The notes beneath the pieces are model-generated. The model worked only from the letters and a program-made list of their open reading frames with translations, made no database searches and was not told the DNA's origin. This document shows positions 9,625 to 19,671 of a stretch of 64,000 nucleotides of DNA, in pieces. Origin of the DNA: Spirochaetia bacterium (GTDB taxonomy: Bacteria > Spirochaetota > Spirochaetia > UBA9216); assembly GCA_963677925.2 (NCBI GenBank), contig CAXXYH010000003.1:1280001-1344000 (forward strand). The letters are read 5' to 3'. Made by a program: the position numbers and the translations under genes. Position 1 is the stretch's first letter, and every line of letters begins with the position of its first letter.

Positions 9625-11103
9625 ATGCACGGAATTTCAGTTTTAACAAAATACGGAAAAATTGAAGGCTTCGAAGAAGGAAGAATTATCAAATGGCATG
9701 GAATACCTTATGCACAGCCGCCTGTTGGAAGACTGAGATTTAAAAGGCCGGATCTGTGCAAACCCTGGAATGGAACACTTTCGGCCAGACAATTCGGTCC
9801 GCGTCCATTTCAGTTTATCGACAGAAAGGCCGTCAGAAAGATGGAAATGAGTGAAGACTGTCTGCATGTTAACATCTGGGCGCCTGCGGAAAGAAACCGC
9901 TGTCCTGTTTTTGTATATTACTACGGCGGAGCGAATACCAGCGGTGAAAGCTCTGACCCCATGTATGACGGAACCTCCTTTGCCGAAAACGGAATAATCT
10001 ATGTCTGCTTCAATTACAGACTGGGTCCTCTCGGATTTTATGATTTTTCCATTTTTGACAGTTCCTTCGACTCCAACTGCGGTTTTGCCGATCAGATAGC
10101 AGGTCTTAAATGGGTTAAAGAGAATATTGAATCATTCGGGGGAGATCCCGAAAATATCACAATCTGCGGAGAATCAGCAGGAGGTACGGCTGTATATGAC
10201 CTTCTTGCAGCACCCTCAGCCAGGGGGCTTTTCAGAAGGGCTATAGCAATGAGCGGTCTGGCGGACGATGCAGTATCTGCAAGACAGAACAGGCTTAATA
10301 TGGAACTGTTTCTTGATAAAATGAACCTTAAGCCCGAAAATATATCTCAACTGAAAACAATGGATCCGTCAAAAATGATAAGTGCTGCCGGCTGGATGTT
10401 CAGCAGTAATAATACAGTCTACCCCGGAATATTTGTACCGGGTCCGGTAATTGATGATCTTCTGCCGCAGAAACCATGGAAGGCTATGACACAGGGGTCC
10501 GCAGAAGGCATTGACTGCATATTCGGAACATGCAGGGATGAGGCTACTCTTTTCTTTCTGATGAAAATGCTTCCGGGAACCTGGAATGAAGTAAGCAGAA
10601 TGCTTGAACTCAATGACAGTATGGATAAGCTGGAAGATTTAAAAAGAGTCTACACGGATAATAAAGACAAGACAGCTCTGCAGAAATTATTCAGGGACAG
10701 GCTGTTCTGGGCACATTCGGTAATGTGTGCCGATGCACAGAGTCAGAACGGGAATGTCTACGCATACAGAAATGACTTTGAATACAATTTTCTGAAATTT
10801 GCCGGGCTTGGAGCGATGCACGGTTCAGATGTAGGTATGGCGTTAAATACCAAAGGCGGTACTCTTGATAAGGCTTCAATCGGAACGCCGAAAGCCCGAA
10901 AGGCTCTCATGAAAAAGTTTGTACATGGCTCATGGCTGAACTTTACAAAAACCGGCGACCCCAACGGGGAGCTGCCGCTTGCATGGGAACTCTACAATGC
11001 TCAGCAGCGGGCTACATTTATTTTCAATGACACATGCAGCATAGAGAATAACCCTAACGCTGAAGCATTTGAAGTCTGGAAAACTCTTAAACTATACGAA
11101 TAA
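9625..11103 (+). CDS. Type B carboxylesterase (pNB esterase-like)
   Basis: GIPYAQPPVGRLRF, SEDCLHVNIW, GESAG nucleophile elbow, GAMHGSD; AAGGAG SD before ATG 9625. Confidence 0.92.
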   Translation: MHGISVLTKYGKIEGFEEGRIIKWHGIPYAQPPVGRLRFKRPDLCKPWNGTLSARQFGPRPFQFIDRKAVRKMEMSEDCLHVNIWAPAERNRCPVFVYYYGGANTSGESSDPMYDGTSFAENGIIYVCFNYRLGPLGFYDFSIFDSSFDSNCGFADQIAGLKWVKENIESFGGDPENITICGESAGGTAVYDLLAAPSARGLFRRAIAMSGLADDAVSARQNRLNMELFLDKMNLKPENISQLKTMDPSKMISAAGWMFSSNNTVYPGIFVPGPVIDDLLPQKPWKAMTQGSAEGIDCIFGTCRDEATLFFLMKMLPGTWNEVSRMLELNDSMDKLEDLKRVYTDNKDKTALQKLFRDRLFWAHSVMCADAQSQNGNVYAYRNDFEYNFLKFAGLGAMHGSDVGMALNTKGGTLDKASIGTPKARKALMKKFVHGSWLNFTKTGDPNGELPLAWELYNAQQRATFIFNDTCSIENNPNAEAFEVWKTLKLYE

Positions 11104-11136
11104 ATCCGAAGAGCAATAAGCAGGCAGCTGAATAAT

Positions 11137-12213
11137 TCAGCTGCTGAATTTTATCCTGGACAGCCTGTACAATTCCTCTCTGAATACCGGCGGCAGTACC
11201 GAATTGGCCATATGATTCAAAACTACGGGTTTTTCAGGATTACAGTATCTATCGACAAACACAGCAGCCTCTGTCCTGAGCCTTGTATCATCTGCATCTT
11301 CAGGATATTCCTCGGGGGCAACACCAAGGATAAGCTGATCTCCATAATTTTCGTACATACTGAATGTATTATTTATAGTCTGAGGCGACCAGAGGTCCCA
11401 CCCAGCCTTTATAATTGACGGTACTCTTGACTCGAGCAGACCGCAGCTGTGGAGTTCTGCAATCAGCCCTTTGCTGTGGATATGGCCGGTTAAACGCTGC
11501 ATTGCCGGAACAATCATCTCTTCAGCAGTTTCTTCTGAAAAAAGAGGCCCGCGCATAGCACCCCAGTCATCATGAACAAGAACACCGTCAATATCAAAAT
11601 ATTCAATAAACTTGTCAATAATTCCTGAATAAAGATCTGTCAGCCTGTCAAAAAGAGCCTTGACAGCCTCTTTCTGTGAATCGTCAATTAAAGCAATTGA
11701 TGCATTTCCGAAATCCATGAATGATATCAGTCTCTCAAAATATCCTGAAAAAATTGTTGTAAAGACAGCTCTTCCACTTTTTAGATAATTCTGATTCCTT
11801 TCACAGGCACCGGACCAGTCCCAGCTGTCAATATCAGGCCAGACAAGTTTGGAGGTCCATTCATTTGCATCGGTAAAGATATGATTCATGGGGTCAACAG
11901 CCGACCCCCTGTTATCCAGATCATACTTCCATTCAACACCGAACATATCCTTGCCGCCATAGTTTTCCACAGGAATATTTGTCTCCTGACTTACAGCTCC
12001 GCGTGCAAGATTATCCGGTATTATATCCGGAGTAAAATTTAGCTTTTCAACACCTGTAATCTGCCATACAGGTTTTCCTTTAAAAAAACTCTGATACCCC
12101 TCACGCGGAGGAAGGGGGAAATTATATAAAGGAAGCACAGGACGTTCAGGACGCCCCGGCTTGATCTCATCTACAACTGTAAGTTCATCTTCGGAAAAAG
12201 CAATTTTTGTCAT
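11137..12213 (-). CDS. Uroporphyrinogen decarboxylase / MtaA-CmuA methyltransferase superfamily protein
   Basis: KDMFGVEW, FERLISFMDF, HDDWGAMRGPLFS and the ELHSCG (HxC) motif. Confidence 0.78.
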   Translation of the reverse strand: MTKIAFSEDELTVVDEIKPGRPERPVLPLYNFPLPPREGYQSFFKGKPVWQITGVEKLNFTPDIIPDNLARGAVSQETNIPVENYGGKDMFGVEWKYDLDNRGSAVDPMNHIFTDANEWTSKLVWPDIDSWDWSGACERNQNYLKSGRAVFTTIFSGYFERLISFMDFGNASIALIDDSQKEAVKALFDRLTDLYSGIIDKFIEYFDIDGVLVHDDWGAMRGPLFSEETAEEMIVPAMQRLTGHIHSKGLIAELHSCGLLESRVPSIIKAGWDLWSPQTINNTFSMYENYGDQLILGVAPEEYPEDADDTRLRTEAAVFVDRYCNPEKPVVLNHMANSVLPPVFREELYRLSRIKFSS

Positions 12214-12215
12214 AT

Positions 12216-12359
12216 TCAGATTACACCTTCATTCTTCAATGTTTGTATTTCCCCGTCGCTCATACCCATAAAAGTATTATAGATCTTGTCGTTGTGCTGA
12301 CCTGGATCAGGCACAGCTTTCACAGGAACATTTGTATCAGACATTCTGTATTCAGGAAA
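12216..12359 (-). pseudogene. C-terminal remnant of a family III CoA-transferase (CaiB/BaiF/Frc)
   Basis: Manual translation FPEYRMSDTNVPVKAVPDPGQHNDKIYNTFMGMSDGEIQTLKNEGVI* resembles the typical CaiB tail (LSxTP...APxLGEHTxEVL...LGLSxEEIxxLxxxGVI*). An in-frame TAA precedes it, and its stop lies 2 nt before the next ATG. Confidence 0.75.
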
Positions 12360-12658
12360 TTATCTTATCACACACTTCGGCCTTGTCAAGCACAGAGATC
12401 CACTTATTACTTCAGACAAGCCCTTCGGACCCAATGATTATGTACACATTCAAATTTCAAAAGCATCCGGGAAGCAAGAAAAAGGACTAAATATAAAGCC
12501 ATGGATATTCTTGCAGAAGCCGGCGCAACCTTTCTTTTAAGCCTGCAAAAAACCTCATTTATCAAATATTTCTGACATAGTTCTGACAAAAATCAAATTT
12601 TAACGCTTTAATATTGCAAACAAACAAAATTCATGTAGTATTTTCTTCAGGAGTATAC

Positions 12659-14431
12659 ATGAATAAAAATATTATAAAACCGGCCGAGCTGGTGATAAGA
12701 AATGCTGTTGTATATACAGTTGATAAAAATAAAACCAAGGCGGAGGCCATTGCTGTAAGCGGCGGAAGAATAGAAGCAGTCGGTTCTGAAGATGAAATAC
12801 AGAAATACATCGGAAACGATACAGAGCTGATTGATCTCGATGGAAAACTGATTCTCCCGGCCTTCGTAGACTCTCACATGCATCCGGCAGGCAGTGCAGT
12901 CGTTTATGTATTTCAGATCAAACTTCATGATCTTTTTACAAAAGAAGAATACCTTGAAAGAATCGATGATTTTGTTAAATCACATCCTGAAATGCAGGCT
13001 TACCAGGGTAAGGGTTTCTACCGTGCAATATTTGATGAAGTCGGCCCAAGAAAAGAGGACCTTGATATAATAAGCCCTGATAAACCGCTTGCCGTGCAGT
13101 CTGTCGACGGGCACTCGATCTGGGCCAATTCAAAAGCGCTTGAGATGGCAGGCATTACAGCCGAAACACCGGATCCTCCCGGGGGAGTAATCAAGCACGA
13201 TCCTGAAACAGGCGAACCTTCCGGACTGCTTTCTGAATCGGCAATGGGCCCGATCCTGGAATTGTTTCCGGCGCCAACGAAGGCTGAATACAAGGAAGCA
13301 CTCCTCTGGCTTCAGCAATGGTTTAACTCGGTCGGGCTTACAACATGCCATGACGCTATTACCCCCTTTGAGCCTGACTATTACGAGGCCTTTGAGGAAC
13401 TGGCCGAGGAAGGAAAACTTACAGTACGTTACAGAGGTTCCTGGAGTATGTATCCTGAACTGACCGGCGGAGGCGAGGGTCAGAGCGAAGACTTCAAACC
13501 TGAAATGAGCCTTGATGACGCAATCAGCCATGCTCAGAAACTCTCCGCATCCTTTAAAACTCCATATTGGAAAGTTGAATCATTCAAGTTCTTTGCTGAC
13601 CAGGTTATTGAAGAAGAAACAGGACTAATGAAGACCCCCTATCAAAACAGGGACGACAACTGGCATGGGATAAAGGTATGGGATCAGGAGTTTCTGAAAG
13701 AGGCTTTCCAAAAGATTGATGCAATAGGTTATAATATCCATACACACCAGATCGGTGACGGTGCTGCAGAGCTGGGACTTGATGCACTTGAGTACGCAAG
13801 AGAAAAAAACGGACCAAGAGACTCAAGGCATACTTTTGCCCATGTTCAGGTGATTGAGCCGAAAGACATAGAAAGAATGGCTGCAATGGGAATGAATGCA
13901 GTCATTGCACCATACTGGTCAATAGTCGATGATTACTACTGGGAACTCTATGTCCCCTACCTTGGTGAAGAAAAAGCCTACAATGCACAATACCCTGCAG
14001 CAAGCCTGATGGAAGCAGGAGTTAACACTTCTTTTCACTGCGATTTTTCTGTAACCGAGCCTGACTACGGATGGGCAATTTACAGTGCCATGACAAGGAC
14101 ACAGCCCGAGAAAGTATTCAGAAAAGAAAAGGGTGAGCGTGCCGACAGGTATCTTCGTACAACCGATTATTCTGTGAAGCCCGAACACGGAATGGCCTGT
14201 CCCCTCGGAAAGGCCGAAGAAAGGCTTAACCTCGAGCAGGCTATTGAAGCCGCCACAATAAACGGAGCAAGAGCCGATTTTCTTGAAAACGAAATTGGCT
14301 CAATTGAACCCGGTAAACTTGCGGATTTGGTAGTTCTTGACAGGAATCTGTTTGAAATTGATGTAGAGGATATTGCAGAGCTGAAAGTACTTATGACCTT
14401 CTTTGAGGGACACAGAGTATATTCAGCCTAA
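12659..14431 (+). CDS. Amidohydrolase 3 (YtcJ/NfdA-like)
   Basis: LPAFVDSHMH, DGHSIWANSKAL, HTHQIGD, GSIEPGKLADLVVLD; CAGGAG SD before ATG 12659. Confidence 0.9.
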   Translation: MNKNIIKPAELVIRNAVVYTVDKNKTKAEAIAVSGGRIEAVGSEDEIQKYIGNDTELIDLDGKLILPAFVDSHMHPAGSAVVYVFQIKLHDLFTKEEYLERIDDFVKSHPEMQAYQGKGFYRAIFDEVGPRKEDLDIISPDKPLAVQSVDGHSIWANSKALEMAGITAETPDPPGGVIKHDPETGEPSGLLSESAMGPILELFPAPTKAEYKEALLWLQQWFNSVGLTTCHDAITPFEPDYYEAFEELAEEGKLTVRYRGSWSMYPELTGGGEGQSEDFKPEMSLDDAISHAQKLSASFKTPYWKVESFKFFADQVIEEETGLMKTPYQNRDDNWHGIKVWDQEFLKEAFQKIDAIGYNIHTHQIGDGAAELGLDALEYAREKNGPRDSRHTFAHVQVIEPKDIERMAAMGMNAVIAPYWSIVDDYYWELYVPYLGEEKAYNAQYPAASLMEAGVNTSFHCDFSVTEPDYGWAIYSAMTRTQPEKVFRKEKGERADRYLRTTDYSVKPEHGMACPLGKAEERLNLEQAIEAATINGARADFLENEIGSIEPGKLADLVVLDRNLFEIDVEDIAELKVLMTFFEGHRVYSA

Positions 14432-14582
14432 GACTATAATTGTTTGAACGGTCATACAAAAATGTAGCCTGTACTATCCTTTCATACATTTATGTAAGAA
14501 CCTGAATTAAAACAGTGGGCATCAATTACTGTTTTAACAAAAATGGCGGTGTATATTTTATGTAAAACAAAAAATATACACC

Positions 14583-14599
14583 TTGGCATATATTTTGCA
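14583..14599 (+). promoter_or_regulatory. Sigma-54 (-24/-12) promoter
   Basis: TTGGCATATATTTTGCA has exact GG-N10-GC spacing, 32 nt upstream of the ATG at 14632. Confidence 0.75.
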
Positions 14600-14631
14600 T
14601 TAGAATATTAAATTTTTTAAAGGGGATTTGG

Positions 14632-16275
14632 ATGAAAAATAACACAAGACCTTTCAGGAGCGTAGTAATAATCGCTCTTCTCGTGCTGTTTTCGGCCGGA
14701 CTTGTTTTTGCCGGCGGCTCACAGGAAAAAGTGGAAAAAACAAGACTTAATGTAGGCTGGACAGCCGGACAGAGTCTTGAATCAACTATAGTAGATGAAA
14801 ACTGGCAGTACCTTGAAATGGGCTGTATTCTCTGGCAGCTCACCTATGACCAGGTATTCATTATGGGTGATGCGGAAAGCGGATACGAACCTCAGCCGAT
14901 GATTGCAAAAAGCTGGGATGTTTCAGAAGATAAAAAGACATGGACATTCTACCTTAGAGATGACATCAAGTTTACCGACGGTGTTCCTTTAACTGCAGAA
15001 GACCTTGCTTTTACACTTGAATATCTTCCGGCATCAGATCCTGCATGGGAAATGGTAGACTTTGACTATGAAAGCTTTGAAGTCATTGATGACTATACAT
15101 TCCAGGTTACAATGAACCTTACCTTCGGTATGCCCTACCCGCCGCTGTTCTGGATGCCTATACTTCCGAAACACGTATGGGAAGAATACAAGGACGATAT
15201 GAAATCCTATGACAATGCGCAGATGCTCGGTTCAGGTCCTTACAAACTGAAAGAGTTCAAAACCGGACAGTATATCTGGCTTGAAGCAAACGAGGATTAC
15301 TGGGGCGGAAAACCCGGTGTTGATGAAATTGTATTCAAGATTTACGGAACAGAAGACGCCAGAAACATGGCTATGCAGACAGGCGATATCGACATGATCG
15401 GTTATCTTGGAGTTAATCCGCTCACAATCAAGGATTTTGAAAAAGTTGACGGTCTTGAAATAATTGAAGCTCCGGATATCAACCTTTACTGGATCAACTT
15501 CAACCTTCATCAGGAAAACGGTATACAGGATGTCGAGGTAAGAAAGGCTATTATGCATGCCATTGATGTTAACAGAATAATTGACATGGCTCTTATCGGA
15601 TACGGAACTCCGGTAGACAGTTTTGTTTACCCCGAACTCGAGTGGTACAACAAGGATGTTAACAAGTATCCCTACGATCCGGCAAAAGCAAACGATATTC
15701 TTGATGCTGCCGGATACAAGGACACCGACGGCGACGGCATTAGAAATGAAAAGAACGGCGACAACATGGTTTACGAACTCATGGTCGGATCCGATTACTC
15801 TGATGAGATAAAAGCTTCAACAATTGTTAAGGAACTTCTCTCAAAAGTAGGAATCAAGATTGAGCAGAAGATCGTTGACCTCGATACCTACTACACCTTC
15901 CTCTATGCACCTGATGAAGACCAGTTCGACCTTTCATTCTCAACTGAGGGCCCCGGTCCCAACGGTGAATGGTTCTGGGATTTCTGCCGAGGATGGGATA
16001 ACGGCGGTGCAGGATGGAATACAGCCTACTACAGCAGCGATGCTTTCGACACTGCGATGGACAATATGCTTGCTGCAGAAACTTTCGAAGAAAAGAATAT
16101 GTACAGAATGGAAATGCAGAAGATTATTTCTGAAGACCTTCCCTACGGACTTCTTTATAGAAAGACACTCGTATGCCCGGTAAACACAGCTGATTTCACA
16201 GGATTTACAGCAACAATGGGTGGAACAGCAACATGGATCAACCCCTGGTCATACTACAGAGCTACTGCAAAATAA
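14632..16275 (+). CDS. ABC substrate-binding protein, family 5 (OppA/DppA-like), with no adjacent permeases
   Basis: IAKSWDVSEDKKTWTFYLRDDIKFTDGVPLTAED family-5 signature, GSGPYKL, DTDGDG loop; VFAGGSQE signal peptide. Confidence 0.92.
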   Translation: MKNNTRPFRSVVIIALLVLFSAGLVFAGGSQEKVEKTRLNVGWTAGQSLESTIVDENWQYLEMGCILWQLTYDQVFIMGDAESGYEPQPMIAKSWDVSEDKKTWTFYLRDDIKFTDGVPLTAEDLAFTLEYLPASDPAWEMVDFDYESFEVIDDYTFQVTMNLTFGMPYPPLFWMPILPKHVWEEYKDDMKSYDNAQMLGSGPYKLKEFKTGQYIWLEANEDYWGGKPGVDEIVFKIYGTEDARNMAMQTGDIDMIGYLGVNPLTIKDFEKVDGLEIIEAPDINLYWINFNLHQENGIQDVEVRKAIMHAIDVNRIIDMALIGYGTPVDSFVYPELEWYNKDVNKYPYDPAKANDILDAAGYKDTDGDGIRNEKNGDNMVYELMVGSDYSDEIKASTIVKELLSKVGIKIEQKIVDLDTYYTFLYAPDEDQFDLSFSTEGPGPNGEWFWDFCRGWDNGGAGWNTAYYSSDAFDTAMDNMLAAETFEEKNMYRMEMQKIISEDLPYGLLYRKTLVCPVNTADFTGFTATMGGTATWINPWSYYRATAK

Positions 16276-16300
16276 TTTCAGGCACTGAACAATAAACAGC

Positions 16301-16335
16301 AAAGGCTGATCGGTTTTCCGATCAGCCTTTTTTTT
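16301..16335 (+). terminator. Intrinsic terminator, likely bidirectional
   Basis: AAAGGCTGATCGG-TTTT-CCGATCAGCCTTT followed by a T-run. Confidence 0.88.
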
Positions 16336-16368
16336 GCAGCTGTTAACTGATTGTCCGGAACATAAACT

Positions 16369-17310
16369 CTATTCAGCAGCTCCTGATATAAATTCCTTCA
16401 TCTTGATAATGCGGTAGAGTGTTCTGTTCACCGGCACATCAATACCAAGTTCATCAGCAATTTCAATAAGTTTTCCGCTGAAAGAATCGACTTCGGTACG
16501 TCTTCCCGCCTCCATATCCTGAAGCATAGACGTTTTATTATCCGGCCCCAGTGTATTAAGAATTGAATACCAGCCGCTTATATCATCTTCGTGCAGATTA
16601 ACACCGGACGCAATGGCAACATTAACTGTTTCCCTCATGGCAGCTTCCATCAGCAGCTGAATTTCGCGTTCACTGTGAAATATGCCGTATTTAGCTCCTG
16701 TCACAGCAGAAACCTGATTAACACCAATATTAATCATCCACTTCCACCAGAGTGAGCGCAGAATATCATCCTGTATTTCAGTTACAATCCCGCAGGAATT
16801 AAGGAATTCTGCTGCAGAACTCAGGACCGAAGATCTGCGGCTGTGTTCCGGCATTCCAATTAAAAGTTTTCCGGGCGTAGTATAATTCAGCTTTAATCCG
16901 CTTTTAACTGCATCCATCCCTACAGCTACAGTTCTGATAACCGAAGCTTCAGGTAGTTCTTTTTCAATAATTTCTTCGCTGTCGATACCGTTTAATACTG
17001 ATAGAACTGCAGTCCCTTCCTTAACAGCTGCCTTCAGTATTGGGAGAATCTGATTCAGACTGTAATTTTTAACGGCAACTATGATTAAATCCGGCTTTAC
17101 AGCACGGCCGCCATTCAGCTCATCGGGAATTACAGCCTTAAACCGGCATTCCGAATCATTCACAAAGAACTGACTTTTATTTATACCCTCAGCCCGCTCA
17201 GGTCCGGCAAGAAAAAAGCATTTTTCACTTATGGAGCTATGTATCCTGTCGGCGTAAAGGAGTCCGAGAGCTCCCGCTCCAATGACTGCTGCAGATTCAA
17301 TAGTTTTCAT
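16369..17310 (-). CDS. panE: 2-dehydropantoate 2-reductase
   Basis: IGAGALG, AVKNY, LNGI, WWKWMINIGVN, KTSMLQDMEAGRRTEVD. Confidence 0.85.
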   Translation of the reverse strand: MKTIESAAVIGAGALGLLYADRIHSSISEKCFFLAGPERAEGINKSQFFVNDSECRFKAVIPDELNGGRAVKPDLIIVAVKNYSLNQILPILKAAVKEGTAVLSVLNGIDSEEIIEKELPEASVIRTVAVGMDAVKSGLKLNYTTPGKLLIGMPEHSRRSSVLSSAAEFLNSCGIVTEIQDDILRSLWWKWMINIGVNQVSAVTGAKYGIFHSEREIQLLMEAAMRETVNVAIASGVNLHEDDISGWYSILNTLGPDNKTSMLQDMEAGRRTEVDSFSGKLIEIADELGIDVPVNRTLYRIIKMKEFISGAAE

Positions 17311-17353
17311 ACTTCAATACTACCCTGCGTTACAGCCGTCAATCAAGCATTTC

Positions 17354-19417
17354 TCAGACTGTAAAGACCGCAACTTCAGAAGCCATCTGCTCAACACCGG
17401 CATTCATTTCCTGAGTTGCGTTGTTCACATTTTGTATAGCCTCATTAATCATCCTGGTGCCCTGAACCATCTCATTCATACTTGCATGCATTTCAAAAGT
17501 GAGTTTTTTAAGCTGCTCCATTGTACCCGATACATTTCGGCAGCCCTCAATCATAACATCCGATCCGGTCTTAACTTCCTGGGAGATATTGTTCATCATT
17601 TGAACAGACTCTAGAATAACCGAACTGCCCTCATCCTGCTCCTGCATTGAGCATTTGATTTCGTATTCCTGATTCCGGACTGATTCAAGCAGCCTGCTTA
17701 TATCGTCAAACTGTCGATCAGACATTGTGGACAGTGAAGCAATCGTTGAAATCTCTTCTTTAAGTTTTTTAAGAGCTTCAGAAATAGACTTCCCCTCAGT
17801 AGATGAATCCTCGGCCAGTTTTCTGATCTCCTCTGCAACTACGGCAAAGCCCTTTCCGGCATCACCCGCATGAGCGGCTTCAATGGCTGCATTCATTGAA
17901 AGAAGATTGGTCTGACTTGCAATATTCTGAATGACATCTATAGTCTCCAGAAGGCTGCTCGAGTTATTTTCAATACCTCCTGCAATCTCACTTAGTTTTG
18001 CAATGCCCTCTTTTCCGGATTCAGAAGCCTTTACAAGTTCGTCTATTGAATCTGAATTATTGTTAAGTATTTTTGAAACAGATTTTATATTCGATAAAAG
18101 TTCCTCAACGGCAGCAGATGTTTCGGTAACCACCGATGACTGTTCATTAACCATATCACTCAGACTGACTGCCCGGGACTGCATCTCTGAAATTACCCTG
18201 TCCGTCTCAGTTATTGATGCGGAATGTACATCACACTGCCCGTTAAGTCGGTTAATATTTGAACTAATCTGATTCATAGAAGCAGCGGTTTCCATCATAT
18301 TCTGACCAAGTTCCTCTGAAATCAGACCCATCTGTTCTGAAGACTGCTTTGTTACAGAAAGCATATCCGAAAGCCTGTCCACTGCAGTATTATATGACTT
18401 ACTCATCTGCCCCATTTCATCTTTTGAAGTCACACTCATTCTCAGGGACAGGTTTCCGTCTGAAAGAGCATCTATAACAGGAATCATGTTATCAATTTTA
18501 CCGGTAATAGAGCGTGTAAACAGTACCGAGACAACAACACCAATTAGTATAAATACAGCACATGCAATTATTCCGATTATCCTCATATGGGTCAGACTTC
18601 CCAGGAATTCGCTTTTTTCAGCAGTTACTACCAGTTTCCAATCAGAATTATCTATGACAAAGAATTCAGCAAATATATCCCTTCCGTTAAATTCATACAT
18701 GCCTGTCCCATTGTCGGAAGAACTGAAATTTTCAAAAAAGGCTGCAAGCCCTGCCAGTTCCGGATTATCACCAAGCAGCTTCAGAGGGTTAAACTGATCA
18801 AGGACCATGCTTGCATCCGGATGAGCTATAACAGTTCCCTCACCATTCACAATGTAGGCATACCCCGATTCTCCGAATCCCATAGCATCAACATAGCTGC
18901 TTAAATCGGTCCCCCTGGCTCTGCCAAGAACAGCACCGACAACACTGCCCAGATGAAATATCGGCACACAGTACATGACAACAGGTTCTCCAGTCGCCCG
19001 GCTGATTAGAACATCAGAAACAGCAGGCTTTCCGGAAAGGGCTGTTTTTATATAACTTCTATCATGCAGATTGATAGATTCTTCATCTGAACCGTAATCT
19101 GCAATGCCCCTCATATCGACAAAGGCTATCTCCAGAAAATCCAGACCCTTTTTTTCTGTCGAGAGAAATGCTCTTCTCTCCTGAGCGGTGACAGGTAAAG
19201 CACCTAGAACCGCTGAAATAGCCTGCAATTTACTGATTTTGAGATCAATTTCCTGTCTCACAATTTCTCTTCCGGATCTGACCTGTGTATCCATAAGGAC
19301 AGCAGTGGTATCCATCAGTGCATTTGATGCTACCAGCGTCAGGACAATTGCAGTTCCGGCTGCAACTACGGCTATAAGAAAACCTATTGAAATAGAGAGC
19401 TTTTTTGATAGTGACAT
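17354..19417 (-). CDS. Methyl-accepting chemotaxis protein (dCache-HAMP-MA)
   Basis: [38 protein letters not shown]; two TMs flanking a Cache domain ([16 protein letters not shown]). Confidence 0.95.
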   Translation of the reverse strand: MSLSKKLSISIGFLIAVVAAGTAIVLTLVASNALMDTTAVLMDTQVRSGREIVRQEIDLKISKLQAISAVLGALPVTAQERRAFLSTEKKGLDFLEIAFVDMRGIADYGSDEESINLHDRSYIKTALSGKPAVSDVLISRATGEPVVMYCVPIFHLGSVVGAVLGRARGTDLSSYVDAMGFGESGYAYIVNGEGTVIAHPDASMVLDQFNPLKLLGDNPELAGLAAFFENFSSSDNGTGMYEFNGRDIFAEFFVIDNSDWKLVVTAEKSEFLGSLTHMRIIGIIACAVFILIGVVVSVLFTRSITGKIDNMIPVIDALSDGNLSLRMSVTSKDEMGQMSKSYNTAVDRLSDMLSVTKQSSEQMGLISEELGQNMMETAASMNQISSNINRLNGQCDVHSASITETDRVISEMQSRAVSLSDMVNEQSSVVTETSAAVEELLSNIKSVSKILNNNSDSIDELVKASESGKEGIAKLSEIAGGIENNSSSLLETIDVIQNIASQTNLLSMNAAIEAAHAGDAGKGFAVVAEEIRKLAEDSSTEGKSISEALKKLKEEISTIASLSTMSDRQFDDISRLLESVRNQEYEIKCSMQEQDEGSSVILESVQMMNNISQEVKTGSDVMIEGCRNVSGTMEQLKKLTFEMHASMNEMVQGTRMINEAIQNVNNATQEMNAGVEQMASEVAVFTV

Positions 19418-19559
19418 GACTGATTATCCCCGTTTTTTAATACGATTTTTATAGTTATTTACGAAAATTTTCGGAACTCCGGGGGGAATTGTTTACCAAT
19501 GAAATAATGAAAACCTATGATTTTTGAAATTTTTTTGCAGTTTTTATATTTTTAAATAT

Positions 19560-19595
19560 AAAAAAAGGGACTTACCTTTTTTCAGATAGTCCCTT
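19560..19595 (-). terminator. Intrinsic terminator of the 19672-20106 gene
   Basis: Minus strand AAGGGACT...AGTCCCTT hairpin followed by a T-run. Confidence 0.7.
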
Positions 19596-19671
19596 AGCTA
19601 CTTCATTGAGAAGACTGGCGGCTCATTCTCATTTAATTCCATTTTGTATTTAGTCTTGAAAGCCTTCGGCA

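Noticed and set aside
12207-12589. Track ORFs 12207-12437 (+) and 12407-12589 (-)
   Set aside because: Non-protein-like composition; the minus-strand CoA-transferase remnant and promoters explain the region better.
17931-18797. Long antisense ORFs opposite the MCP (also opposite the sugar ABC genes, MATE and ugd)
   Set aside because: Expected reverse-frame openness caused by the codon bias of real genes.
19468-19496. Possible sigma-28 promoter or c-di-GMP riboswitch upstream of the MCP (TAAA...CCGAAAA)
   Set aside because: Spacing is one base longer than consensus and the -10 is imperfect; no GEMM core motifs are visible.
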